A stretch of DNA of 64,000 nucleotides from Gammaproteobacteria bacterium. GTDB lineage: Bacteria; Pseudomonadota; Gammaproteobacteria; Steroidobacterales; Rariloculaceae. The notes under the pieces were generated by a model, which saw only the letters and a program-made list of their open reading frames with translations, searched no databases and was not told the origin of the DNA. The DNA lies in contig JBJHBW010000006.1 of NCBI GenBank assembly GCA_050485685.1, positions 25,073-89,072 of the forward strand, in the 5' to 3' direction. Numbering within the stretch: the stretch's first letter is position 1; each line of letters begins with the position of its first letter. Position numbers and translations under genes: made by a program. Shown here one piece after another: positions 18,180 through 27,329 of this stretch.

Positions 18180-20162
18180 ATGAAGTCGTCAACGGCACGC
18201 TCCGGAAAGCTGCGCGGACGCCGTCGCCGCCGGTCACGTCTGTTCGCGCCCGTCATCGTGCTGGTGCTGGCTCTGCTGGCGCTGTACGTCGGCGCCGCCA
18301 TGCTGTCAGGGACCTGGCTGGTGGAGCGTGCGATCGCTCGGGTCGAGCTGCAGCGGCCGGAGCTGCGAATCGCCGTGGGCGCCGTGCGGGTGCAGCCGTT
18401 CACATGGCGCGTACGCCTGACTGACGTTCAGGTGAGCGACAGCAGCAGCGGTGAGTTTCTGGAAGCGCCGGTGATCACCGCGTTCCTGCATCCGGACTCT
18501 CTGATAACCGGCGTGATCCGGCTCACTCGGGTGGCAGTCCCTGAACCCGCAATGGCCCTCAGGATCGGGTCAGCTGCGCAGCCGGGCGCCGCCGCCGGCC
18601 CAGGCGCTGCCACGCGTGCGTTCGATCCTGTGAGGCGTCTGCAACGTCTGGCGAGATTGCGGATCGACCAGTTGTCGGTTGAAGACGGCAAAGTGATGCC
18701 GTTGCCGGTCACGCCTGAAGCAGCCGGTGACGCGGGCGGCCGGGCAGGTGATCCCGGTGCCTTGGCGCTGGCTACGTTCAATCTTTCAGCGACATCCTGG
18801 CCGCCTGCCTCAGGGGCGCCTGCGCCGTGGACATTCGACCTCAGGCCGGCGTCCGGCGGCCGGATTGCGGTCACTGGCGATGCGATGACCGGCGAGACTC
18901 TGGCGCGTGGTCGCGTGCAGCTGTCGGGTATGGAGCCTGCGGTACTGGCCGGCATGGCGGTGTTGGCGGGCGATCTGCAGCGCCTGGCAGAGCTGGCCGG
19001 TACCGTGGACGTCACCGGAGAGTTTCGCGCCGTGACAGGATCTGCACGATCCGCCGCTCACATCGTGACGGATCTGGACCTTCGCGGTCACCTGGCGGCG
19101 GCCGGCCCCGTGACCATGTCGCTGACACTGGATTCGGCCGATGCGGGAGGCCCGGCTTTCCTCTGGCTTCAGCTGCATGAGGTGCCATCGTCTCTTGTGT
19201 CCCGATACACCGAACACTTGTTCGGACTTGCGGCCGAATCTCATGGTGCCGAACTGACCTGGCAGTATCGGCGCGAGCAGAATCGCCTGGACGGACAGTT
19301 GGACCTCACTGTGCGCGATCTTGTACTCGCGGCGCCCGATGATGGTGCCATGGCGCTGAATACGGATCCGGCGCTGACGGTTGCGTTGCTGCGCGACGCC
19401 GATGGCACGATCGCGCTGACGGTTCCGGTGGAGTCGCCAGTCGACGCGCGCACACAGGCTGTGGCGCTGACGGATCGGTCCCTGCAGACGCTGCTTGCCC
19501 GCCTGCCGGCATCGCCGTTCAATGCGCTTGCGGAGTTGTCCGGCCAGCACGCGCTGGACGAGACGCTGCGATTCGTGCCCGGCGACGTGGCGCCGATCGC
19601 GAGTGCCGAGCAGACAGTGCGCGCGCTGGCTGTCGCACTGCGGTTGCGGCCGGGCGTCGGGCTCGAGCTGACGGCGCCGTTCGATCCTGAGCTCGATCGC
19701 CAGAACCTGGCGATCAGACAGGTGGAACTGCATGTGACGCTGGCCACCGCAGCGGCGGAGTTCGGCGCACGGGCAGCGGAACTCGATTTCGCGTCGCCAC
19801 GCGTTCACGATGTGCTCGAGGAATTCGCCGGCGAGCGGCTGGAAGCGGGGGCGCTTGGCCGGCTGCGCATGCGCTTCGGTTTCGAGGCGGCTCAGGTGCC
19901 TTCCGGCGCGCCGGTCGCATACTACCGGGCGCTGTTCGATGCGCTTGCGGCCAACGAGCGTATCGAGGATGCCGCGCTGACGCGGCTGGCGCGATTTCGC
20001 GCGCAGTCGATCATTGCCTTGTTGAGCGCCGAAGGCATAGATGGAGAGCGTCTGTTGACGCTGCCGGCGGCTCCGGTGCCGGCGCAGGACCGGCAATGGT
20101 TCTACGTGCCAGGCCCGATGAGACTGTTCGCGGCCGGCATCGATGCTCCTGACAGGGACTGA
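18180..20162 (+). CDS. large membrane-anchored hypothetical protein (possibly DUF748/AsmA-like)
   Basis: Arg-rich N-terminus plus one TM, then about 600 aa of Ala/Leu-rich periplasmic sequence. Coding composition is good but the family assignment is only a guess. Confidence 0.4.
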   Translation: MKSSTARSGKLRGRRRRRSRLFAPVIVLVLALLALYVGAAMLSGTWLVERAIARVELQRPELRIAVGAVRVQPFTWRVRLTDVQVSDSSSGEFLEAPVITAFLHPDSLITGVIRLTRVAVPEPAMALRIGSAAQPGAAAGPGAATRAFDPVRRLQRLARLRIDQLSVEDGKVMPLPVTPEAAGDAGGRAGDPGALALATFNLSATSWPPASGAPAPWTFDLRPASGGRIAVTGDAMTGETLARGRVQLSGMEPAVLAGMAVLAGDLQRLAELAGTVDVTGEFRAVTGSARSAAHIVTDLDLRGHLAAAGPVTMSLTLDSADAGGPAFLWLQLHEVPSSLVSRYTEHLFGLAAESHGAELTWQYRREQNRLDGQLDLTVRDLVLAAPDDGAMALNTDPALTVALLRDADGTIALTVPVESPVDARTQAVALTDRSLQTLLARLPASPFNALAELSGQHALDETLRFVPGDVAPIASAEQTVRALAVALRLRPGVGLELTAPFDPELDRQNLAIRQVELHVTLATAAAEFGARAAELDFASPRVHDVLEEFAGERLEAGALGRLRMRFGFEAAQVPSGAPVAYYRALFDALAANERIEDAALTRLARFRAQSIIALLSAEGIDGERLLTLPAAPVPAQDRQWFYVPGPMRLFAAGIDAPDRD

Positions 20163-20244
20163 CGCGGCTCGTGAGAAATTCGATCCGCTTCGGGATAATA
20201 CCCGGCGCGCTGCAGGCGCCCTTGAATCCGCAACGGGACTTTCC

Positions 20245-20529
20245 ATGCAAGAAAAATCTGATCGCATCATCGTCACGGTCATAGGCCAGGACCGGGTCGG
20301 CATCATTGCCGGTGTGTCTACGGTGCTGGCCGATGCCGGCGTCAATATCGTGGATATCTCGCAGACCACGCTGCGCGAGTTCTTCACGATGATCCTGATG
20401 GCCGATCTCGGTGGTGCCGACATACGATTCGATGAGCTCAAGCAGCGGCTCGCGGCGCTAGGCGAGGAGCTGGGTGTGCGCATCGATGTGCAGCACGAAG
20501 ACGTGTTCAAGTTCATGCATCGCGTCTGA
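20245..20529 (+). CDS. ACT domain-containing protein (UPF0237 family)
   Basis: The 94-aa sequence [34 protein letters not shown]...FTMILMADL is the typical ACT fold. It is the conserved partner of UPF0210. Confidence 0.75.
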   Translation: MQEKSDRIIVTVIGQDRVGIIAGVSTVLADAGVNIVDISQTTLREFFTMILMADLGGADIRFDELKQRLAALGEELGVRIDVQHEDVFKFMHRV

Positions 20530-20539
20530 GGCCGGTACC

Positions 20540-21907
20540 GTGACATCCCGCTACTCGTCTCAGGAAATTCTCGAAACCATCCGTATGGTGCAGATGGAGC
20601 ACCTGGATATACGCACCATTACGATGGGCATCAGTCTTCGCGATTGTTCCGGTGCGAATGCGCAGCAGGTTGCGGAACGGGTGTACGAGAAGGTCTGTTC
20701 CCGTGCATCCCGGCTGGTTGACATCGGCAAGGAAATAGAGCGTGATTACGGCATTCCGGTCATCAATACGCGCATCTCGGTGACACCGGTTGCGCTGATA
20801 GCCGAGACCGGCGGCGAGGATGGGTACCTGGCCATTGCAGCGGCGCTGGACAAGGCGGCCGGCGAGGTCGGCGTGAATTTCATCGGCGGCTATTCGGCGC
20901 TGGTGCACAAGGGGATGACACCCGGCGATACAGCGCTGATCCGCTCCATACCCGAAGCGCTTGCAACAACCGAGCGGGTCTGTTCATCCGTGAATGTCGG
21001 CACCACGCGCGCCGGCATCAACATGGATGCAGTCGCCGAAATGGGGCAGGTGGTGGTCGCGACGGCCAGGCGCACCGCGGACCGCGATGGTCTGGGCTGC
21101 GCGAAGCTGGTCGTGTTCTGCAATGCTGTTGAAGACAACCCGTTCATGGCCGGTGCGTTTCACGGCATAGGTGAACCGGATACGGTGCTGAACGTAGGCG
21201 TGAGCGGGCCGGGCGTCGTGGCCAGCGCGATGGAGAAGGAACCGGATGCCGACTTCGGACGCCTGGCCAGCGTGATCAAGCACACTGCGTTCAAGGTGAC
21301 ACGCATGGGCGAGCTGGTTGGACGCGAAGCTTCGCGGCGGCTGGGCTTTCCTTTCGGCATCGTCGATGTATCGCTGGCGCCGACGCCGGCCGAAGGTGAC
21401 AGCGTGGCGCGCATACTCGAGACCATGGGTCTGGAGCGGGTCGGCACGCATGGTTCCACGGCCGCGCTGGCGATGCTGAACGATGCCGTCAAGAAGGGCG
21501 GGGCGATGGCATCCAGCCACGTGGGCGGACTGTCGGGTGCTTTCATTCCGCTGTCCGAGGATGCGCGCATGATCGAGGCGGCGGAGATCGGAGCGATTTC
21601 GTTCGATAAGCTGGAAGCCATGACGGCAGTGTGTTCGGTGGGCCTGGACATGATTGCCGTGCCCGGCGACACCAGTGCGGCCACCATTGCCGCGATCATC
21701 GCTGACGAAGCTGCGATCGGCATGATCAACAACAAGACCACGGCGGTACGCGTCATACCAGCGCCGGGCAGGCAGGTCGGTGACACCGTGGAATTCGGTG
21801 GACTGCTGGGGCATGCGCCGGTCATCGCCGTCAACCGATACTCGTCGGCCGCATTCATTGCCCGCGGCGGGCGCATACCGGCGCCGATACAGGCACTGGG
21901 TAACTGA
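20540..21907 (+). CDS. PFL-like UPF0210 (DUF711) family protein
   Basis: N-terminus [30 protein letters not shown] matches the UPF0210 signature. About 455 aa. GTG start 11 nt after the ACT gene stop. Confidence 0.8.
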   Translation: MTSRYSSQEILETIRMVQMEHLDIRTITMGISLRDCSGANAQQVAERVYEKVCSRASRLVDIGKEIERDYGIPVINTRISVTPVALIAETGGEDGYLAIAAALDKAAGEVGVNFIGGYSALVHKGMTPGDTALIRSIPEALATTERVCSSVNVGTTRAGINMDAVAEMGQVVVATARRTADRDGLGCAKLVVFCNAVEDNPFMAGAFHGIGEPDTVLNVGVSGPGVVASAMEKEPDADFGRLASVIKHTAFKVTRMGELVGREASRRLGFPFGIVDVSLAPTPAEGDSVARILETMGLERVGTHGSTAALAMLNDAVKKGGAMASSHVGGLSGAFIPLSEDARMIEAAEIGAISFDKLEAMTAVCSVGLDMIAVPGDTSAATIAAIIADEAAIGMINNKTTAVRVIPAPGRQVGDTVEFGGLLGHAPVIAVNRYSSAAFIARGGRIPAPIQALGN

Positions 21908-21911
21908 CGGC

Positions 21912-22697
21912 GTGACAGAGCAGCCGATCTCACTGCGCCGTCGCGTCTGGATCCAGATCTCGCCATTCGGGTGGCCGCACGAGGGCCTGTCATGGCCGAA
22001 CCGCATCATCGTTGCGCTGATCATCGCGGCCAGCGCGACAGCGATTATCGAGACCGAGCCGACCATGCGCGCCGCGGCCCGGCCGCTCTTCATCGCGCTG
22101 GAAGTGTTTTTCGTCTCGGTATTTATCGTTGAGTATCTGACCCGCGTCTGGACATCCATCGAGGATCCGCGGTTTCACCATCCGGTGTGGGGTCGACTGC
22201 GCTATATGGTGTCGTTCTGGGCTTTGCTGGATCTGGCCGCAATTCTGCCGGTTCTGCTGATGTTCGTCGGCCCGGATGTGTTCCTGATCAGGCTGCTGCG
22301 ACTGGTGCGCATTCTTCGACTCGCGCGGCTGGGACAGTTCTCAACCGCGTTGCAGAACCTTGGTGAGGCCGTGTCGCTCAGGAGGTTTGAGCTGGCGATG
22401 AGCGCCGGCATCGCAATACTGCTGCTGGTATTCTCGTCCACGCTGCTGTATCTGTTTGAAGGCAGCGGGCAGCCGGATACCTTCGGCAGCATTCCGCGCG
22501 CGGCGTGGTGGTCAGTGGTGACGCTGACGACCGTGGGATATGGCGACGTATATCCTGTCACGGCGATGGGACGGTTGTTCGCCGCGATCACCGCGGTGGC
22601 CGGCATAGGATTGATCGCGATGCCGACGGGCATTCTGGCTTCTGCGTTCAGTGACGTGCTGCAACGACGTCGGCGCAGCCAGGAGGGCGGCGAGTGA
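21912..22697 (+). CDS. voltage-gated potassium channel (6TM Kv-type, no cytoplasmic ligand domain)
   Basis: S4 LIRLLRLVRILRLARL and pore WWSVVTLTTVGYGDVYP with the TVGYGD filter. GTG start 4 nt after the UPF0210 stop. Confidence 0.85.
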   Translation: MTEQPISLRRRVWIQISPFGWPHEGLSWPNRIIVALIIAASATAIIETEPTMRAAARPLFIALEVFFVSVFIVEYLTRVWTSIEDPRFHHPVWGRLRYMVSFWALLDLAAILPVLLMFVGPDVFLIRLLRLVRILRLARLGQFSTALQNLGEAVSLRRFELAMSAGIAILLLVFSSTLLYLFEGSGQPDTFGSIPRAAWWSVVTLTTVGYGDVYPVTAMGRLFAAITAVAGIGLIAMPTGILASAFSDVLQRRRRSQEGGE

Positions 22698-23515
22698 AAC
22701 CCGTGTCGACACTGACAATGGCTGTGCCACCATTGCCGGCATTTCTGGCCGTCGCACTGCTTGCTATGGTTCGTACCGCGGCGGCCCTGGAGCTGGAGCA
22801 GCAGTTCGATCACGTGACCGCGGAGCAGGTTGTGGCCGTGCTGCATCAGCAGTGTTTCGAAGCCGGCATGAGTGTGGAGATGCCATCCGCTACGGCAGTG
22901 AGGTGTTCGACCATTGTGCGTGACGATGAAGATCTGCCGGCCGATCTGCATATCGGTCGCTTGCATGACGGCCATGTTACCCACTATCTGGGCTTTTCCC
23001 TGGCCGTGCGTGGCGACGGCGTGCGGGTCTGGATGAACGCCTGGCTGGAGATCGCCGAATCCGACGGCGCGACGCTGGAGGAAGACCTGGAATCGCGACT
23101 GTACGCGCACCGCGTGCAGGCGTTGCTCGCAGAGCTGGCGGACGGACCGGGCAGTGCGCAGGACCGGGTGACGGCCCAGAACAACGCGACACCACACTGG
23201 TCATCGCACTACGACTCGGAATTCGATTGGCGGCTCGATGCCCACCTGCGCGCGGTGCGTGTCTGCGATCAGCGGCTGCAGGACATGGACGCAGCCGTTG
23301 TGGAAGAAGCGTTGCGCATGATCGGACTCAGGCCTCCCGGCAACCAGTTGCGTGATCGCTGCGAGGCGCTGTACGAGGTGGTGTATGAGTGGGGGCTGTT
23401 GCGTGGCGCTCAGCAGCCCGCGCTGGATGATTTTTTTGCGTATCGTGAGGCTCAGCCGGATGCCGAGCGCATTTGTTTCGGGCGGCTCGCGCTTGCGAAC
23501 CACTGCGGCGGCTGA
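22694..23515 (+). CDS. hypothetical secreted protein
   Basis: GTG start overlaps the Kv stop (GTGA). Signal-like N-terminus (LPAFLAVALLAMVRTAAALE), acidic with several Cys. No recognisable family. Confidence 0.4.
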   Translation: MKPVSTLTMAVPPLPAFLAVALLAMVRTAAALELEQQFDHVTAEQVVAVLHQQCFEAGMSVEMPSATAVRCSTIVRDDEDLPADLHIGRLHDGHVTHYLGFSLAVRGDGVRVWMNAWLEIAESDGATLEEDLESRLYAHRVQALLAELADGPGSAQDRVTAQNNATPHWSSHYDSEFDWRLDAHLRAVRVCDQRLQDMDAAVVEEALRMIGLRPPGNQLRDRCEALYEVVYEWGLLRGAQQPALDDFFAYREAQPDAERICFGRLALANHCGG

Positions 23516-23627
23516 CGGCATTGAACGCGCCGGCCGGAGGACGGCTGGTCCGCAGCGCGGATCAGCTGCGGCATTGATCAAGCGGCATACGTGAAGCGCC
23601 GCGTATGACCCGGCGTCCGTGGATTAG

Positions 23628-23704
23628 TGGTCGGGGTGATAGGATTTGAACCTACGGCCCCTGCCTCCCGAAGGCAGTGCTCTACCAGGCTGAGCTACAC
23701 CCCG
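23628..23704 (-). tRNA. tRNA-Pro (anticodon CGG)
   Basis: The reverse complement reads CGGGGTGTAGCTCAGCCTGGTAGAGCACTGCCTTCGGGAGGCAGGGGCCGTAGGTTCAAATCCTATCACCCCGACCA. It has a 7-bp acceptor stem, D and T arms (GGTTCAAATCC), anticodon loop TTCGGGA and an encoded CCA. Confidence 0.9.
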
Positions 23705-23803
23705 ACTGGGCGCCATTATATAGAGGGTATGGCGAAAAAACTGCGCGCATTCTACCAGCACCTTGTCGCGACGGGCATCCCTGATTTCGCTCGCAGGATC
23801 CGG

Positions 23804-24559
23804 ATGCCCGGATCAGCGCTTGTCGCGGTGTCCGCGGGTATTGCCGTGCTTCTGTCATGCGGCACAGTCAGCGCCGAAGTCAACAGCTACGCCACTGTAA
23901 CCAGCGAGTATGTCGCCCGTGGGCTTGCCGCGTCCGATGGTGCACCGGCGCTGCAGCTGGCTGTGGACTATCAGCATGATACCGGCTTTTTCGTCGGTGC
24001 CTGGGGTTCAAGCATAGACATCGACAATCCGACCGGTGGTCGTCGCTCAATAGAACTCAATCTGTATGCGGGCGTCCACCGGGAGCTTGGGGCGGGTTGG
24101 TCCGGCGCGTTGACCACGATCCGCTACACCTATCCGGGTGCATCCGTAAGTACATACCCTCATGAATCGGGAACTGTTTCCGCCACGCGGCGGTTCGATT
24201 ACAGCGAGTGGCTTCTGGGTGCGCAATGGGCAGGGCGAGCCTCCGCGGACAGCCGGGTGTCCATTGAGATCGGGTACAGTTCCGGCGTTTACGGTTCCCG
24301 CCAGTCGGCTCGACACCTCCAGGTTGGCGTCGGCCACATGCTGGCAAGCGGATGGGTGCTGAGCGGCTCTTTCGGGCGCAACGATCTGAGCGCGCTGCAG
24401 GTTCCCGCCTACCTGTACTGGGATCTTGGCGCTTCGGCCACCTGGTCGCGATTCACGCTGGATGTGCGCTGGTACGACAACGAAAGTGTGTACAGCGGAG
24501 GGTACGGCGGTTACGCCGCGGGTTCACGGTGGGTCGGGAGTCTGTCGGTTGCGTTCTGA
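23804..24559 (+). CDS. TorF/Gcw_chp family putative outer-membrane porin (TIGR02001-like)
   Basis: Signal peptide, then VTSEYVARGLAASDGAPALQLAVDYQHDTGFFVGAWGSSI, typical of this family, and a C-terminal ...GSLSVAF. Start at ATG 23804 (AGGA 7 nt upstream); the longer ORF runs through the tRNA. Confidence 0.65.
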   Translation: MPGSALVAVSAGIAVLLSCGTVSAEVNSYATVTSEYVARGLAASDGAPALQLAVDYQHDTGFFVGAWGSSIDIDNPTGGRRSIELNLYAGVHRELGAGWSGALTTIRYTYPGASVSTYPHESGTVSATRRFDYSEWLLGAQWAGRASADSRVSIEIGYSSGVYGSRQSARHLQVGVGHMLASGWVLSGSFGRNDLSALQVPAYLYWDLGASATWSRFTLDVRWYDNESVYSGGYGGYAAGSRWVGSLSVAF

Positions 24560-25907
24560 CGCCGACATCGCATCCATGCTTTTCGAGAACAGCGGATAAC
24601 GCCCGGCAGGCATTCAACGGTCCGTGCGGCGAATTGCTGCTCGTGGTCAGAAGCTTTTCGATGGCCGAGGGTGTCAGCGATGGCTGGCGCGCGACCAGCA
24701 GCGCGGCTACCCCGGCGACATGCGCCGCGGCCAGCGAACTGCCGGACCGATAGCCGTATCGTCCGTGCGGAACAGTGACCAGTATCTCATCAGCCGGCGC
24801 GAGAACGGCGTGAGACTGCATCAGCCTCATCGCGTGAGGCTGCGCGCCTATGACACTGCTCGCTGCCACGATGACACCGGGTACGCCTGCCGGGAAGCCC
24901 GGTGACTGGTTGCCGGCCGGCGCCGCTGCAATCACTATCCTGCCGTCGGTGATAGCCTGTTCGACCAGTCGTGACAGCAGCGTGTCGGCGGGGCCCGCGA
25001 TGCTCAGGTTGATGATGTCCACGCCCGACTCGATCGCATGTGTCAAAGCCTGCGCCAGCGTGAAACTGTTGCACCGTGCCGGCTGTTCGGGCTGAACATG
25101 CCAGCAGGCCTTCAGGACGTGTAGTCGCGCTTGCGGCGCGATACCCACCATACCGGTATGGTTGTTGGCGTTAGCGGCAATCACGCCGGCAATCGCGGTG
25201 CCATGTGCATCATCGGTGAAGTTTCCCGAGTCGCCTTCGACGAAGTCCTTGTGTTGCGCTATGCGACCGGCGAGGTCCGGGTGGCGAAGGTCCGCGCCGG
25301 TGTCGATGATCGCGATTGTTGTGCCCCGGCCGGTGCTGATGGCGTGGGCCTGCGGGATCTGCATTGCTCCCAGCGCATGCTGCAAAGGCGCATAAGGATC
25401 GTTGTAAAGCTCCGCCAACGCCGACTGCGTTTCGTATACATGCAACGGCTCGGCCGACCGGATCCCGTCAATGTCCGCCAGCCGGTCAAGTAGTGTGTCC
25501 AGATCGTGCGTCTCGGGGACGTGAAACACGATGCAGTACAAGCCCAGCGGCCGGATCGGCCACTCCGCGACCGGTTCCAGGTCAAATCTGCCGGCAATGC
25601 GCCTGGCAGTCTGGCGGACACCCGTCGACACACGATAGGCGGAACGGTTCAGATAGCGCGGCCCGGGGCGGCCGCTCAGATCCATGCGCGCCGCGTTCGG
25701 ATCGGAAATTGTCACAAGAATCTGGGTGCCGGGCCGGTCCATTGCCTGCAGCCTTTCCATCTGAGCTGGCGGCCAGACGGCTGCCGCGATCTCACTGGCG
25801 GCACTGTCTGTGTCCTGGGCCTGGCCGGGCACCGGCGCTATCAGCCAGAGCAGCAAAGTGAAGCCTGTAAGAAAGGCCGGAACCCGGACTCCGAGCGGGG
25901 CATTCAT
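24453..25907 (-). CDS. S8 family (subtilisin-like) serine peptidase with N-terminal propeptide-like region
   Basis: Signal peptide and catalytic contexts IAIIDTGAD (Asp), DDAHGTAIAGVIAA (His), SGSSLAAAHVAGVAALL (Ser). The Arg-rich last 35 or so aa look like read-through into the convergent gene. Confidence 0.85.
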   Translation of the reverse strand: MNAPLGVRVPAFLTGFTLLLWLIAPVPGQAQDTDSAASEIAAAVWPPAQMERLQAMDRPGTQILVTISDPNAARMDLSGRPGPRYLNRSAYRVSTGVRQTARRIAGRFDLEPVAEWPIRPLGLYCIVFHVPETHDLDTLLDRLADIDGIRSAEPLHVYETQSALAELYNDPYAPLQHALGAMQIPQAHAISTGRGTTIAIIDTGADLRHPDLAGRIAQHKDFVEGDSGNFTDDAHGTAIAGVIAANANNHTGMVGIAPQARLHVLKACWHVQPEQPARCNSFTLAQALTHAIESGVDIINLSIAGPADTLLSRLVEQAITDGRIVIAAAPAGNQSPGFPAGVPGVIVAASSVIGAQPHAMRLMQSHAVLAPADEILVTVPHGRYGYRSGSSLAAAHVAGVAALLVARQPSLTPSAIEKLLTTSSNSPHGPLNACRALSAVLEKHGCDVGVRTQPTDSRPTVNPRRNRRTLRCTHFRCRTSAHPA

Positions 25908-25916
25908 GCACGCACC

Positions 25917-26666
25917 TTACGGCTCGTTGTCTTGATCGACTGTGACAAGAAAGCTTTCGGCGATCAACACAGCCGGGTCGTTCTGTAGAGTTTCGACTAC
26001 CTGTGGCCAACCGTCGTGGTCCAGGGTCAGTGTATATACGCCGTTTTCGCTTGGGCCGGCTGCAATACCGAGTCCGAGTTCGCGTACGAGGCGGTCCATG
26101 GTGCTCGATGCGGCCTGCGGGCTCAGGGCCACGCGCACATAACGGCCTGCGGGCAGGCTGTCCGGAGTGGTGAGTGTGCGAAACTCGGCTGTATCGGGCG
26201 CGCGTGGCAGCACTGATAAGGTCAAGATACCCGCAAGCAACAGGATTGAGGTTGCAATTAAAGCGGCACGTGGAGCGCCTATCAGCCATGGAACCATCGC
26301 CGCCAGCCGCGCTGCCAGGACACTCATTGACCGACTGAGCTGTCCAACGATTCCCGGGTCGGTGGTCCTCGCGATACCGGAATCAGTTCCCTGCCTGTCT
26401 GTCCCGCGCCCACCCGATGGTGTTGCTCGTGCAATCAGAGCCGCGGCCCGGCTTGCCGCTGTTGCGGGTGGCATTGGATGCTCATGAAATGCGTGACCCA
26501 GTTCCCTATGCCATTGACTCAGTAGTTCCAGTTCGCTACGGCAGCGCAGGCAACTGCGCACGTGCGCGTCCACGGCTGCGTGTTCCTGCCCGGTCAAGGT
26601 GCCATTGACGAACCATGGAAGCACTTCCGCGGCCTGCTGGTGGGAGAGTTCACGCGCCGGTTTCAT
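25917..26666 (-). CDS. anti-sigma factor (zf-HC2 type, single TM)
   Basis: H-x3-C-x2-C motif (HVRSCLRCRSEL), a central TM (ALIATSILLLAGILTLSVL) and a periplasmic C-terminal domain. Start MKPARELS overlaps the sigma gene stop by 17 nt. Confidence 0.65.
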   Translation of the reverse strand: MKPARELSHQQAAEVLPWFVNGTLTGQEHAAVDAHVRSCLRCRSELELLSQWHRELGHAFHEHPMPPATAASRAAALIARATPSGGRGTDRQGTDSGIARTTDPGIVGQLSRSMSVLAARLAAMVPWLIGAPRAALIATSILLLAGILTLSVLPRAPDTAEFRTLTTPDSLPAGRYVRVALSPQAASSTMDRLVRELGLGIAAGPSENGVYTLTLDHDGWPQVVETLQNDPAVLIAESFLVTVDQDNEP

Positions 26667-27249
26667 CACTTTCTTCCTTTGCCGCTGATGCCAGTGTTGC
26701 AAGTGAAGCCTGCAGTCTGCGACGTGCATGAAACATACGGGTCTTGACGGTATTGAGTGGACAGTCGGTGATTTCAGCGATTTCGAGATAGGAGAATCCG
26801 TGCACCAGGGTCAGTTCCACCACGGTCCTGTGCTCGCTGCTGAGATTTGCGAATGCGTGCATCAGCCAATCCGATTGCTCAATGCGTGCCGCGGTGTCCG
26901 AAAGCGCATCGGGCACTTCACCATCCGGCATTGCCGGGTGCGGCGGACGCCGGCGGCGCAGTGCATTGGCCGCCATTCGCCAGGCAATCCCGAACACCCA
27001 TGTTGATACTCTGGATCGTTGCTGGAAGCGGTTCGCGTCACGCCAGACCACCAGCATCACATCGTCCGCTATCTCCTCGGCAAGCTGGGGGTCACCCAGT
27101 ATGCGCCTGACGAAGCCGAAGACCCGCGGCTGAAACGCCCTGTAAAGCGCTTCGAATGCGTCGTGGTCACCTGCAGCCACGTGTCCGAGCAGGGTCCGCT
27201 CAGGGTCGCCGTCTGCGGTGACCACCCTGTCAGGTCTCGTGCCGGTCAC
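26650..27249 (-). CDS. ECF (group IV) RNA polymerase sigma-70 factor
   Basis: Region 2 (DAFEALYRAFQPRVFGFVRRILGDPQLAEEIADDVMLVVW) and region 4 HTH (FSYLEIAEITDCPLNTVKTRMFHARRRL). Start uncertain: GTG 27249 or 27225 preferred over ATG 27360, which would overlap the upstream gene. Confidence 0.8.
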   Translation of the reverse strand: MTGTRPDRVVTADGDPERTLLGHVAAGDHDAFEALYRAFQPRVFGFVRRILGDPQLAEEIADDVMLVVWRDANRFQQRSRVSTWVFGIAWRMAANALRRRRPPHPAMPDGEVPDALSDTAARIEQSDWLMHAFANLSSEHRTVVELTLVHGFSYLEIAEITDCPLNTVKTRMFHARRRLQASLATLASAAKEESDETGA

Positions 27250-27329
27250 TGTTCGCGTCGACAGGATGATACCGTGGAGTATAACGGTTACAGCGACGCG
27301 CCATGGGTCGACGCTGGGCTCCCGTCGAG

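Noticed and set aside
18810-20546. 578-aa minus-strand ORF
   Set aside because: It is antisense to the 660-aa membrane protein gene and the ACT gene. Arg-rich junk composition and no recognisable domain.
20984-22159. 391-aa and 277-aa minus-strand ORFs
   Set aside because: They are antisense to the UPF0210 and Kv channel genes, which carry diagnostic motifs. Low-complexity Arg/Ala/Ser translation.
23516-23810. tRNA-Pro as a possible genomic-island integration site
   Set aside because: There is no integrase, no direct repeat of the tRNA 3-prime end and no obvious compositional break on either side. The neighbours are ordinary envelope genes.
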